Shown here: positions 11,823-24,231 of the stretch, in pieces
Numbering within the stretch: position 1 is the stretch's first letter
Layout: every line of letters starts with the position of its first letter
Source: Batkoa obscura
Taxonomy: Eukaryota
Direction: 5' to 3'
Length of the DNA: 64,000 nt
Assembly (NCBI GenBank): GCA_030770535.1
Contig: JASVEC010000025.1
Span: forward strand, 1-64,000
The notes under the pieces: model-generated
What the model was told of the DNA's origin: nothing
What the model saw: the letters and a program-made list of their open reading frames with translations, nothing else
Database searches by the model: none
Translations under genes and position numbers: made by a program

Positions 11823-11897
11823 GTGATGATTGATTTTCTGTCAGTTCTGCTTCTGATGCAAGTATGAAGCTAATAAATCTCTTACCAAATTATCTGA
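11823..11897 (+). ncRNA. Box C/D snoRNA, snR61/U38-like (25S Am1133 equivalent)
   Basis: GTGATGA, D' CTGA 11853, D CTGA; guide CAGTTCTGCTT pairs with LSU AAGCAGAACUG; CTTACCAAA complements adjacent UUUGGUAAG. Confidence 0.88.
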
Positions 11898-12043
11898 TGA
11901 ATTGAATTTTTATTAACTGTTATCTTTGAATAATTTATTAATTTTCTATTATAGATATCCTAATGTATAGTTTGAAACTAAACATATAATGACTCATATA
12001 ATTCTTTAATGTAAGTATTTAGTTTAATTCTATATTAACTCAA

Positions 12044-12105
12044 ATGATGATCAATTCCGTGTTTCACCTGAAACTTTAATGATTACTAACCCCTTTTCAA
12101 CCTGA
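12044..12105 (+). ncRNA. Box C/D snoRNA with two guides (LSU UGAAACACGGA region; possible second LSU site)
   Basis: ATGATGA, D' CTGA 12068, C' ATGATTA, D CTGA; D' guide TCCGTGTTTCA; D guide CCCCTTTTCAA. Confidence 0.85.
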
Positions 12106-12476
12106 TTTTATTTAATCAATATAATTATCTAAGATAATGTATACTAATTATTGTTATTAGGTTCTACTATTGGTATACCACTAACCGACAACCTTAATAA
12201 TTGTTTAACTAGTTTATTAAAAATAAATATATTTATTGCTTATTTTTGTATATATCTATTTTCATAATTGAATCCTTACATATCTTTAATATTTCGTTTG
12301 TAAAAATAAAACCTGTTTTTTCACAGCTTTAATGATAGTGCAAAAATTCTACTCAAATGTAGCAACTGTTTAGAGGTTATTTCTAACTATTTTCATTTTT
12401 CAAGCGTAAAAATTAAACAGATTATTAACTAAATTAATAAAAAACATCTCATCAGCATGCTTGACATTCAACATAT

Positions 12477-12571
12477 GGGGGTGTCTTTTTGGCTTCATCA
12501 CTTTTTCTATTTTTAAGCGCCATTTGAGTGGAAAAATTGGTAGTAAAATTCTTAAACACAAATACATCCCC
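12477..12571 (+). mobile_element. MITE family A, copy 6
   Basis: GGGGGTGTC...AATACATCCCC; flanks ATAT/ATAT. Confidence 0.9.
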
Positions 12572-13506
12572 ATATAATAAAATTGTATTAAAAATTGGTT
12601 CTAAAATATGCATAGAACTAAAAGATTTGTTGCAAATAAAAACTTATTTTTTGAATCAAAAAACTAGTTACTTACAGGAAAATGTAATACGCTAGAAGGT
12701 AGTATTAAGTTTATAGATTTTAAAAAAATAGGCAGCTATCTCTCTCTGTCCTCTAAAATAAGCTTATATTGTAAATTCAACTTGGATAAAGATAAATAGG
12801 ATTATTAATAACGTAGGCATTCATCAGGGGTTAAATCAAAAGCTAAATTAATAAGTTTGCATTTATTATTTACATAAGATAAAATTACTTTTGTGAGACT
12901 ATTTTTAAAAGTTAGTACACCTAATTTAAAGTCTTTATGGTTTTTTTTACTAAACTCAAAGCTTGGCCATGTAAATTTTTTTCTTTCCCCTCTTTTTTAT
13001 TAGATAATTTTTTTAGCATAACTTCAATAATGTATTTTAAATATGGTGAAAAGAGTTAGAAGATCATTAAAAGGAAAAAATTGGGATTCTGATTATTAGT
13101 AACAATAATGGTAGCAGTAATAGTAATAGTAATAGTAGTGTTTTTTTTTTAAAACTAAACTTTGATTTCAGTAATATAATAAAATGGGTGCATAATTCAA
13201 TCAGTAAAATTAAAAAATTGACAACTTTACGATTTTTTAAAAACTTGGCGTTGGGATTACTTGACTACAAAATTTAAAAAAAGTCAAAAATTCATCCCTA
13301 AATTAATATGATAACTACTCCAACTAACAGTTGTAATTTGGGGTGGATTCTATTTAGCAAAAGTATCCATATACAAAATTACTACTATTACATATCAATA
13401 ACCCATCCCATAAATACTCCAACTCAACTCTCATAATAATTATCAAAAAATTATTACTATTATTATTATCTAATACTTAACAACACCTACAATACAGTCT
13501 ATTAAA

Positions 13507-13902
13507 ATGAATAAATTAATCATCAATCTTACTATTCTCTCTTTTATTACCGCTGCTTCTACTTTAGTTAAACGTGAAGCTGACGGACTTGATTTAGGTT
13601 TAGGTTTGGATTTGGGCTTAGGAGGTGGCAAGCATGGCTCAGGTTCAGGTTCAGGTTCAGGTTCAGGTTATGACGTTGGATCAGGGTCAGGATCTAGTTA
13701 CGGTTCGGGCTCAGGTTCAGAATCTAGTTACGGCTCAGGATCTAACTACGGCTCGGGCTTGGGCTCAGGATCTAGCTATACTCCAGATTCTGGCCATAGT
13801 TCAGGCCATGGATATAGTCATGGCGGTTTAGGCTTAGGAGTAGGAGCTGGAAAAGGAGGACTTGGATTAGGACTTGCAGCCGGTGTTGGACTTGATCTCT
13901 AA
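13507..13902 (+). CDS. Secreted Gly/Ser-rich (Gly-X)n protein
   Basis: Same leader family (LVKR-EAD), GS tracts, C-terminal GVGLDL as in the 2218 gene. Confidence 0.9.
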   Translation: MNKLIINLTILSFITAASTLVKREADGLDLGLGLDLGLGGGKHGSGSGSGSGSGYDVGSGSGSSYGSGSGSESSYGSGSNYGSGLGSGSSYTPDSGHSSGHGYSHGGLGLGVGAGKGGLGLGLAAGVGLDL

Positions 13903-14025
13903 TTATTAGCATTTGATTTATTGCTTATAGTTAACTAATTTTTAACTTTATCAAAATAAAGTTTACCTCTATTTCATCAATGTTGAATGATATTCTATTG
14001 ATTATTTACTCGATAAAATTTATAT

Positions 14026-14122
14026 GATGATGTATTTTTATATTAAGAATTTTACTAGCAATTTTTCCACCAAATTGCGCTTAAAAAATGAAAAAAATGA
14101 TGAAGCCAAAAAAAACACCCAC
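14026..14122 (-). mobile_element. MITE family A, copy 7
   Basis: Consensus match; flanks ATAT/ATAT. Confidence 0.85.
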
Positions 14123-14499
14123 ATATCAATATCAGTAAGTAGTGATGTTACAAATTAAACATTTAATTTAAATTCAATAGATTTACGATATTGCTATTTA
14201 GAATGCACTATAAGGATCAAATTCACTTGTATTTAATACTGTGAATGTATACGAATAATATGATATATTGTTCGAAAAATATTAAAATTTAATCAATTTA
14301 TGAAAGGGCATAGAATTATACTAATATTATTTAATTATATATTTGTTCATTTCAAGATTGCTACCTTTGCTAAACCATAAATGAGTTGTTTAGCAGCATT
14401 TAGCTCCAAATATTTCATACAAAAGTAGCGAAAGTTTAGTGTTAAGTAATAGCATATTATAAGTATTAATACACATATCAAACTCGAATTTAAATATAT

Positions 14500-14593
14500 C
14501 GAGGTGTTTTTTGGTTTCATCGCTTTTTCCATTTTTTAAGCACAACTTAGTGGAAAAATTGCTAGTAAATTCCTAAACGAAAAATACATCCCC
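14500..14593 (+). mobile_element. MITE family A, copy 8 (about 80 bp upstream of the Maf ATG)
   Basis: Consensus match; flanks ATAT/ATAT. Confidence 0.85.
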
Positions 14594-14671
14594 ATATTGA
14601 TTTTTAAATCCCAAGCATCAAATTTGAACTCCGAATTTCCTTTTTTAAAATCTTTGACTAAAAAAACTCCA

Positions 14672-15554
14672 ATGATTTATTCCATCTATCCAGGACTCAA
14701 AGACTATACGATAGTATTAGCCTCCTCCTCACCAAGAAGAAAAGAATTATTAGAAAAAATTGTAATCAAAAATTAAACTTATTTTATTACTTTAACTAAT
14801 TACTTTATTTATCAAAAGGGTTTAGAGTTTCAAGTAAAAGCTTCCAATTTCGCTGAAGATTTAAACAAATCCGATTACTCCCCCATCGACTATTGTCAAA
14901 AAACGGCTTATTTAAAGACATTGGATGTATATGATAGGATTAAAGTAACATCATTAAAGCAATCAATTAACGTTATTCTAAAAAATCAATAATGTCTATT
15001 ATTATAGAAAGATATAACAAAACCATTAATCATTATAGGGAGCGACACTGTTATATTAAAAGATAATAAGATATTGGAAAAACCAAAGAACAAATCAAAT
15101 GCTTTAACAATGCTTACTTCACTTTCAGGGAGTACACATCAAGTGATTACGTGTCTTTGTTTAATTGTAAGAAAAGAATTTGAACTTCAGGAAATTAAAG
15201 AATATCAAAAGATCAATAAAACAGAAGTGACTTTTGATCACATTGATGAAAAAGAGTTAATGGCCTATATTGATACCGAAGATCCATTGTAAGTCTTTAT
15301 TTTTATTTATACTATTTTTTATATGAATATAAAACTAATTTGTAACTAAATTTAAAAAGAGATAAAGCAGGTGGATATGGGATTCAAGGTCCAGCTTCTA
15401 TTTTTATTAAAGAAATTAAAGGAGATTATTATGGTGTGGTAAGTGATTTTTTATGTATTTTTTAATATGATATTGAGATATGTTTTTTTTATGATAGATG
15501 GGGTTTTCATTAAACACATTTTATACTATGTTGAAGGAAGTGTTCAAGAAATAA
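14672..15554 (+). CDS. Maf-family nucleoside triphosphate pyrophosphatase (5 exons)
   Basis: Spliced motifs [45 protein letters not shown]. Confidence 0.92.
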
Positions 15555-15981
15555 ATAAGAGCGTTGTTTCAGCTGAAGATAAGTTATGAAGGTTACTAAA
15601 GTTGACGTTTTGGATAAAATATTCTATAAAATAAAATACAATAGATTCAATTATAAATATGGAAATGTTTTTAATGTTAATGAATTAGCCCAATAGTCTT
15701 TTAAAATCTTGTTGCTGTATTGATAACGGATAAAGCAATAAAAATAGACTAATATTAGATTGATAAATATTTTAATATTATTACGAGTAAACAATTTTTT
15801 AAATATAATATTAAGATCAATAAACGTTTTATTTTTATTTTGTTTTGCTTAGTTCACTTCAATATTGAAAGCTTTTGATTGGCTGATATACTTCAAATGA
15901 CAAAATCTTTAAAATATCGTAATTTCAAAACTCTAAAGCTCAAAAAAATTTATTCATCTTTTACTTTTGACAATAAACAAA

Positions 15982-17023
15982 ATGATAAAATTTCCAGTAA
16001 ATTTAATTAAGAATAAAATACTGGGTGGATCTTTAAAGGCAAATCCAATTTCCAATGTTAAATTAAATTTTTTTTCCAATGTAAAATTGTTAAATGTAAA
16101 ACCCACACTAGTAGCACCAATTAAACCAAGTCAATTTATACAATCCAGATTCTACCGAGTATATAATCAACGCCCCCAAACTCTCATTAGCACCCTTAAA
16201 AACCGTTTTCAAAACCCAGATGCCATCGCTTATACTATCATAGGCGCTAACGTCGCTGTATTTCTTATCATTCAACTATTATATTTAGAAAAAGATCAAC
16301 GAAAATTAATGAGATTAAGATATTGGGTCCATAATAACTTATGTATCTCCTATAATAATATTCAACAACATAGATATTGGACATTGTTAACAAATGGCTT
16401 TTGTCATGAAAACTTTGGCCATTTTTTAACGAATGTTATTACATTGTATTTTTTTGCCTTTCCAGTAAGTTTATTTATTAGTTTATGATGATTTGAATGA
16501 ATGAGGGATTAATTTTAATATTATTTATAGGTATTACATTCCTTAGGTACTAAACGCTTTTTAACTTTATATATTAGCTCTGGTTTATCAGCTTCCATTT
16601 TATTTTTAACATTTTTTAACAAAGAACCCACTTTAAGAAATCAAGAGAGATCTAAATATGTAACAAGTTTAGGGGTAAGCAAAGAAAATATTAAGTTTAA
16701 TATACACCAATATTAATATTATCTTTAATTAGGCCTCTGGACACACAATGGGCTTATTAACTTATTTTGCTTTAAAATACCCCTTTGAACAAATCATCTT
16801 ACTTTTTATACCAATGCCAGCAATTTTACTAGTTGGTGGTTATATAGTATATGATTTATTTTCATTTAATACAAAAGAAAATACCATGTTTGGTTTAAGA
16901 ATTAATCATATTGGCCATCTTGGTGGAGCTTTAGCTGGAGCTTTAATGTTTCTTTGGACTAAAAGAATACCTCCACAAATGAGGTATGGAAGTAATAATT
17001 TAAAATGGCGTGGAAGAGGATAA
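15982..17023 (+). CDS. Rhomboid intramembrane serine protease, probably mitochondrial (Pcp1/PARL-like; 3 exons)
   Basis: Basic presequence-like N-terminus, WTLLT..F.H...H...N, spliced catalytic SLG|ASG, HIGHLGG. Confidence 0.9.
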
Positions 17024-17117
17024 AATAAAATAAATAATAATATTTTTTGTATTTTTATTTTAATAATATATAATTTTTATGATAATTTAAAAGATAGGTA
17101 TAAAATATAGAATTATT

Positions 17118-17917
17118 TTAACCAACAGTTAAAAAGAAAACAAACAATAAACCATTTAAAATAGTAATTGGAGAACTTAAACTACCATTGGAAAATATAG
17201 AGGGTACCTTTGAACTTGTAGCTGTATTTGAAATTGAAGACTTCTTTTTACTATGATTATTATTGTCTTCTACAGTACAATTTTTGGAATTAGCACAGCC
17301 AATTGAACAAGAAGCATTGGAACCACAACGTAATTGACAACTTCTAATAGTTTCAGTACACGTAACAAATTCAGCTGGGAAAGTATAATCTATTAAAAAA
17401 AGTTAATAAATCTGAATATCATTTATAAAAAAACAAATAATAAACTTACTTTTAGTACTTGGTTGTACCCCATTATTGCAATAACAACGCCATTTAAAAT
17501 CAGCTGTATTACATTCATTAACCACAGCAAATGATTGAATTTCTCCACATACATTATCACAAAAATTCGTTTGATTTTGACATGTTTCTTCACGTACACT
17601 ATCCGAGATATCATCCTCTATTTAGAGATAAGATTAGTATGAATTATTATGTTATTTTATTATTATTATGTTATTGGGTATATGGATATATGTGGAGAGA
17701 CTATGGTGATAAAATACTTACTTTGTATTGATCCAGTAGGTTGATGATAAGTAGCTAAATCCGAAGGTTCCAAAGTAGGACTTGGAGTCAACAGAATTGG
17801 ATTAGCATTTGATACTACTGGACTTGTTACAGGTACTTTATTTACTACCGTGTTATTGGTTTTTGATGTAATGCTTAGAGCGAAATAAAAAGATAATAAT
17901 ATTATATTAAATTGCAT
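17118..17917 (-). CDS. Secreted Cys-rich, probably GPI-anchored surface protein (3 exons)
   Basis: Signal peptide; exon 2 TCQNQTNFCDNVC..NEC..WRCYC; exon 3 further Cys, Ser/Thr-rich stalk and hydrophobic tail ending LLFVFFLTVG. Confidence 0.8.
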
Positions 17918-18457
17918 TAGATTTTGGTTTTTAGTTGATTAAAAGAATAAATAACCGAAGTTGGTTATCTTTTATATTAGTTTTTAGTTTGGAGTATATG
18001 GACGTTTCTCTTTCATTGACTTTTAATCTCGATAACATACCCATTTGAATCAAATTTTGGACCGTTGTAATGATTGAAGTTCAAAATTATTTCTATCTAA
18101 TTGCTAAAAAATTATGGATTAGCCCAAAAAAAAAAATTCGAAAATAGCATTTGAAATTTTTAGTGCTCAAGATTAAAAAAATAAAATAAAATAAAATAAA
18201 ATAAAAACATAGTAAATAAAAAACCTATTTTTTTATAAGCAGTCAATTTAAAAAGTTATAAATTTAGTAACCCCGTTGAGGAAAAACAATTTTGAAAACA
18301 TGCAAAAGTAAAAGTGGCAATTTTAAGATTGAGAGGAAAGGAGGAGTAGGGAGATGAAGAGATCCGTTGAGTATCTCTACTATATTACAGGTAAAAAGGG
18401 AAACAAGTTTTATCTTAGAAACTAATATAAAATAAAACTTACTACATGTTCACCTTT

Positions 18458-19759
18458 TTAATAACGGTAATGGTTTGGCTTGAATGGACCTTCTGGTTTA
18501 ATACCAAGGTATTCTGATTGAGCATTATTAAGTTGAGTTAATTTAACACCTAGTTTGGAAAGATGAGCACGAGCTACTTCTTCATCAAGATGCTTTGGAA
18601 GCATATGAACACCTAATGGATAAGAAGCATTATCAGTCCAAAGGGCAATTTGAGCAAGTACTTGATTAGAGAAAGAATTGGACATAACAAAAGATGGATG
18701 ACCAGTAGCACAAGCTAAATTAACAAGACGACCTTCAGCTAATAAAATAATATGACGACCTGATGGCATAGTATATCTATCAACTTGTGGTTTAATGTTT
18801 TCTACTGATTTAGCATTAGCTTTTAACCAAGCAACATCAATTTCAACATCAAAATGACCAATGTTACATACAATGGAATCATCTTTCATTTTTAACATAT
18901 GCTCACCAGTGATAATATCTCTATTACCAGTGGTAGTGACGAAAATGTTAGCTTCATCTACAGAAGCATCTAAAGTAGTAACTTCATAACCTTCCATGGA
19001 AGCTTGTAAAGCATTAATTGGATCGATTTCAGTAACAATAACACGAGCACCCATACCACGTAAAGCAGCAGCACAACCTTTACCTACATCACCATAACCA
19101 GCAACAATGGCTACTTTACCAGCAATCATAACATCGGTGGCACGTTTAATACCATCAATTAAAGATTCACGACAACCGTATAAGTTATCAAATTTAGATT
19201 TGGTAACAGAATCATTAACGTTAATAGCAGGAATTCTAAGTTTACCTTCTTTAAGAGCAGTATAAAGATGGTGGACACCAGTAGTAGTTTCTTCAGATAC
19301 ACCTTTACATCCTTCAAGATATTGTGGATATTTGTCGTGAATGAGCTTAGTTAAATCACCTCCATCATCTAAGATAAGATTGAAGTGCTTACCATCCTTG
19401 AAAGAGGCAAGGGTTTGTTCAATACACCAAATATATTCTTCATCGGTTTCACCTTTCCAAGCGAAAACTGGTACACCGGTAGCAGCAATAGCAGCAGCAG
19501 CATGGTCTTGAGTAGAGAAAATATTACAGGAGGACCAAGTGACTTCAGCACCAAGAGCAGTTAAAGTTTCAATTAAGACAGCAGTTTGAATGGTCATATG
19601 TAAACATCCTACAATACGAGCACCAGCCAATGGTTGGCTTTTACCGAATTTTTCACGGAGGTACATGAGACCAGGCATCTCATTTTCAGCTAATTCAATT
19701 TCTTTACGACCGAAAGCGGCGAGGGAGATATCAGCAACTTTATAGTTTTGGGTAGCCAT
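18458..19759 (-). CDS. SAH1: S-adenosylhomocysteine hydrolase
   Basis: [38 protein letters not shown]; intronless, 433 aa. Confidence 0.98.
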   Translation of the reverse strand: MATQNYKVADISLAAFGRKEIELAENEMPGLMYLREKFGKSQPLAGARIVGCLHMTIQTAVLIETLTALGAEVTWSSCNIFSTQDHAAAAIAATGVPVFAWKGETDEEYIWCIEQTLASFKDGKHFNLILDDGGDLTKLIHDKYPQYLEGCKGVSEETTTGVHHLYTALKEGKLRIPAINVNDSVTKSKFDNLYGCRESLIDGIKRATDVMIAGKVAIVAGYGDVGKGCAAALRGMGARVIVTEIDPINALQASMEGYEVTTLDASVDEANIFVTTTGNRDIITGEHMLKMKDDSIVCNIGHFDVEIDVAWLKANAKSVENIKPQVDRYTMPSGRHIILLAEGRLVNLACATGHPSFVMSNSFSNQVLAQIALWTDNASYPLGVHMLPKHLDEEVARAHLSKLGVKLTQLNNAQSEYLGIKPEGPFKPNHYRY

Positions 19760-21859
19760 TTTTTATATTTGGATTTTTCTTTTTGGAAAAAAGTAAGCTT
19801 GATATTCTATCCCAAAGCTTTATATACCTAGAATTGTAAGGATTTCAATGTTAGTTATTAATTTGATTTAGTTTTTTAATACTTAAGCAACACTATTGGT
19901 TTTGATAGAGAGTTATTCTTATCCTTGAGTTGTCATTGGTTTAACAGCTACAAAGCTTAATCTCCATAGTACGTTTTTGATAGAATTTTTTTGATAGTTT
20001 CAGATAGTAACCAATCAAATGTAAATTATCAACAATCCCTTATTATTCTTTAAAAAATATCTTGCTAAATTTTTAACCATTGAATTTCAACCAATAAAAT
20101 TTAGTTCGCTGTAAGTTGTAATTGTATGAATTTATTTAATGAGATTTACTATTCTTAATATGAAAATCGAATTATTAATCAAACGTGGTTCAAATATTGA
20201 ATGTTATTGATTAATATCGAAAGTTGATATTTTGTTGATAGTTCTTTTTATGATTATTACGTGTAAATAAAAAATTTGTTAGTAAATTGGAGACGTAGGG
20301 TATCTAATTAGTTATTAATATAACACTATTTAAAAATAATCCTAGTGTTTTGATTAGAAAAAATTGGAAAGTTTCTGGTTGCAATAGAAAGCATTTTTTA
20401 TTACTAAAATCAATAATTATTTCGACATAAAATTCATTAATGTTGCAATCAATTATCCTCGCGATAATTCTTTTCTTTTTAAAATATTGTGATTATTTTT
20501 GAAGTCATTTTATTTATATGGATTATTATTTTGATAATGAAATAATAACTTTCTTAATGTAATATATTTCATTTTAATTAGATGAAATAATTTTAGGTGG
20601 CTGTCACCGCTACAATGTTTATTATTATTTTTAGTAAGCACTATTACAATATGTGTATTACATGAAAATTCATAAATGTTGGATTATTCATTTTAGATAA
20701 AACAAAACAATAATCATTGTTTAATATCAATTTATTTTTCATGATACGTATCAAAACTAAGTTGGTTATCACTGTCTTTATACTTAATTTTTATCATCTA
20801 CAAATAAGAGTCAAATATTAAATAAACATGAGTATTAAGTAGTTGTTGAATTGGATAATAATAAAATTACCTTTTTAAAATCAATATAATAAAAACTGAT
20901 ACAATAATTATGATCTCACTTATAAGATAGTTTTATTTTAGTTTTATTAAAAATGATAGAAACTGTCAAAATTAACATGATCAAAAGCGTCAAAAGATAT
21001 TGATACAAAAATAAAGCGGAAAACATTTTAAAAAAGTTAGCATTTAACAATTAGAGAACAATCAACTTATTAAATAGACTAGTATTTTAAAAATAAACCC
21101 ATTTGTTTTATAAAAATTATAAATGTTATAAAAAATAAAATCTATTTACTTTCTCATATTATTTATACTGTAATAGCTATAAATATTTTAAATAGTTGAA
21201 AAATATAGTAAAATATTTAATAGTTCAATAAAAAAGCAATGATAAGTAATGCTTTTAAAGCATAATGTTGATTACTCAACCCAAATACTTGTAATAGTTT
21301 ATAAACAACTTGTAATATAACAACTTTAGATAATAGCAAATCAAACATGATCGAATTATAATAAAGTCATTAAAACTATAATATACCAGTATGTTTATCA
21401 AGATACTATGACTAATTTTGTGATAATAATATCAAATTAATTATTACTCCATTATTATTTAGCGCTTGAGGTGAAAGTAACTTGTTGAGCTGGGGTGCAA
21501 GAGAGAGCAGATATCTGGCTTCAATTTTCTAAGTAAATTTGCACTAATACCAAGTTTTAGATTGATCAGCTTTGTCGTAGCTAATTAAACAGTAGTTTCT
21601 TTAGAAACAGAAGCTGGAATCTCAATTATTCTTCTTTCTTTTACTTGTTCTTTATCCAGTTGAAAACTTATCATAGGCCTTACCTTTAAAACTAAAGTTC
21701 TATTGTTAAATTGGAACTGAAATTTATTAGCTTGGTTTATTTTTTAATGTATTTTAAATTCAATTATTAAATGGGCGTTGCTTATATGTGAAGATGGTGT
21801 CAAAGTCTTGAGCGTGATTTATAATCCACTTTATTTAAGGGATAATAAAAGTAGTATAT

Positions 21860-21921
21860 GGGGATGTATTTCTATGTTTAACAATTTTACTAACAATTTT
21901 TCCACATAAAAATACATCCTT
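21860..21921. mobile_element. MITE family A, symmetric 62-bp derivative
   Basis: Both ends are the GGGGATGTATTT-type end; flanks ATAT/ATAT. Confidence 0.8.
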
Positions 21922-21990
21922 ATATAATTGAATTAAATAACAACCTTAAGTCAATAAAAAATAAAACCCATTTACCAAATCTTATTTTAA

Positions 21991-22180
21991 CCTCTCTTAT
22001 ATCGTTAGTTATTTTTAGTAGTCTGATATGCTTTTGCTTTAAAAACTTGTAAGTAAATAACATCTATTTAAAGTCTTAGATAGCAACTAACTTTGAATAG
22101 TTCTGCCTTTTACTATATTAAAAGCTCATTGTTATAGTTCAACACTTCCCTTTTGTGTTATCCAAAAGTTTATCAGAGGG
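21991..22180. mobile_element. Possible TTAA-flanked piggyBac-type MITE
   Basis: TTAA-CCTCTCTTATA...TATCAGAGGG-TTAA; imperfect short TIR, single copy. Confidence 0.4.
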
Positions 22181-22621
22181 TTAACAATTGAAATAAAGAT
22201 AAACTAATATAAAGTTTCCTTTTGTTTATGATATTTTTTTAAAATGACGATAAAGGATTAAAAATCATATAACATAGCTGATAAATTTGCAAAATGAACT
22301 GTTGCCAAATAAATGAAATAATACAATAATGGATAAGAAATAAAAAATAAAAAATAAAACTCTATTTAAAGTACATTTTTTCTCAAAACCTGGTAACTAA
22401 TATGGCAACCTAAACAGTTAAAATAAGTTCACTATTGTGCTACATAAGTGATTGATTAAAATGAGCAGAGCTTATTATATAATAATAAGCCCTTGTTTAA
22501 TTTACTTGGATTAATATCAAATTATTCATTTTAAAGACATTGGTTACTATTCACGTATATTTTAATAATGGAACACTTATAAAAACGGATATTAAAATAA
22601 CAATTCGAACTATTGAGGTAT

Positions 22622-22718
22622 GGGGATGCATTTTTTTGTTTAAGGATTTTACTAGCAATTTTTCTACTCAAATAGCGCTTAAAAAATGAAAAAGTAATGA
22701 AGTCAAAAAAACACCTCG
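22622..22718 (-). mobile_element. MITE family A, copy 10
   Basis: Consensus match; flanks degenerate. Confidence 0.85.
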
Positions 22719-23776
22719 ATTTGTTATCTTTAAATTTGCTAATGATCTTTTTCATACAAGTTAGCAATCATTATACTTTGTAAGATTATTAAGTTCGTAT
22801 AAAAAAATTTAACGGCGAACTAAAAGAAACCAATTAAAGCTGAAAAATAGAAATTAGATTGTACAAAGTTACAAATTCAATTGTAATTTTTACAAAAGCA
22901 ATCACACAAGACTAGTAAGCTAATCCAGTGTATATTCCCAGCTTTGCCTACTATTAAACAGTTAGCTCCCAAAAGGCTTGATTTAATACCAAACGGCATG
23001 ACCACAGAAGTATTTTAATTACAATCATGTATATCCTGGTTGATTGCTGACTATAAAAATCATTAACTCCACTGTTAACTATCCAGCTTTAGCCCATTCA
23101 ATGAATTATATTTTTATTTTGGTATGTCTAGCAACTTTTATCTTAAAATTAATAGCTATGGGAGTTAATACCTAAGAATTAATTATTATCTTACTATAGT
23201 TGACAAGTTGTTATAAAATTTGCTTAATTTTAAATATAAAAATAAAAATTGAATAAAACAAATTAATATATTTTCTAATAATAATATATATAATTATTTC
23301 AGTTAATTATATAAAGTTCAAACTTTATAAAAAAATATAAAAAAAATATAAAAAAACTCAATTAAGCAGTTATATAAACTAGCTATTAAAGTAAAAAATT
23401 TAACATTAGAAAAATAAACAGTTTTTAATTTAATTTATAATAATTAATAGTTTAATAAATAAAACAAATAATTTTTTTATAATATAAAAACAATAAAAAT
23501 AATAAAATAAGTATTTTTACATACTGATTTTTATTATTATTATAAGTTTTGTTTGAATCTTTAAATAATTTTTATTATTATCTAATTACTAAATATATAA
23601 TTTTATTATGAACTTTTTAAATATTTGCTATTAAATTTAAAAAATTAAAAAATAAGCTTATTATTTATGTAAACTAGTTTAAATAAAAAAGTTCTAAAAT
23701 TAACTTGAATCTTTAATAATTTCAATAATTTAGCAAAGTATTACAAAACTACAAAAGCTAGTTTTATAATTTATAT

Positions 23777-23874
23777 GGGGGTGTTTTTTTTGGGTTCATC
23801 ACTTTTTCCATCTTTTAAGCACTATTCAAGCGTAAAATTGTTAGTAAAATTCTTAAACACAAAAATACATTCCC
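23777..23874 (+). mobile_element. MITE family A, copy 11
   Basis: Consensus match; flanks ATAT/ATAT. Confidence 0.9.
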
Positions 23875-24030
23875 ATATCTTAATTATTTAAATATTAATG
23901 TTTTGTTTTTATATTAAAACTTATATACATTATTTAGTTTATTTTTTTATTATGTTTGTCTTTATTGTTTTATATAATTTATTATTAAACATTTTATATT
24001 TACAATATTTTATATAACATGTCAATATAT

Positions 24031-24231
24031 AAGGATGCATTTTTTTATTTAAGAATTTTACTAACAATTCTACCACTTAAATAGCGCTTAAAAAATGGAA
24101 AAAGTGACAAAATAAAAAAAACATCCTTATATGGGGATGTATTTTTATGTTTAAGAATTTTACCAACAATCTTCCTGCTGAAATAGCGCTCAAAAAATGG
24201 AAAAAATAATGAAACCAAAAAAAACATCCTC
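24031..24231 (-). mobile_element. MITE family A head-to-tail dimer (24031-24128 and 24133-24231)
   Basis: Two copies separated by a single ATAT, with ATAT outside both. Confidence 0.9.

Larger units (their letters stand above)
11110..12230 (+). ncRNA. Non-coding multi-intron snoRNA host gene (5 introns; transcript ends approximate)
   Basis: TATAAAA at 11083; GT-AG introns 11163-11329, 11378-11565, 11568-11755, 11785-11954, 12011-12160, each with one C/D snoRNA; exons lack a long ORF (15-codon ORF stops in exon 1); AATAAA near 12222. Confidence 0.85.

Noticed and set aside
21460..21720. Degenerate minus-strand coding-like stretch
   Set aside because: Internal stop, no recognisable motif; cannot be assigned.
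22930..23100. Minus-strand VMPFGIKS resembling a reverse-transcriptase motif
   Set aside because: No neighbouring RT motifs such as YxDD; other frames equally plausible.
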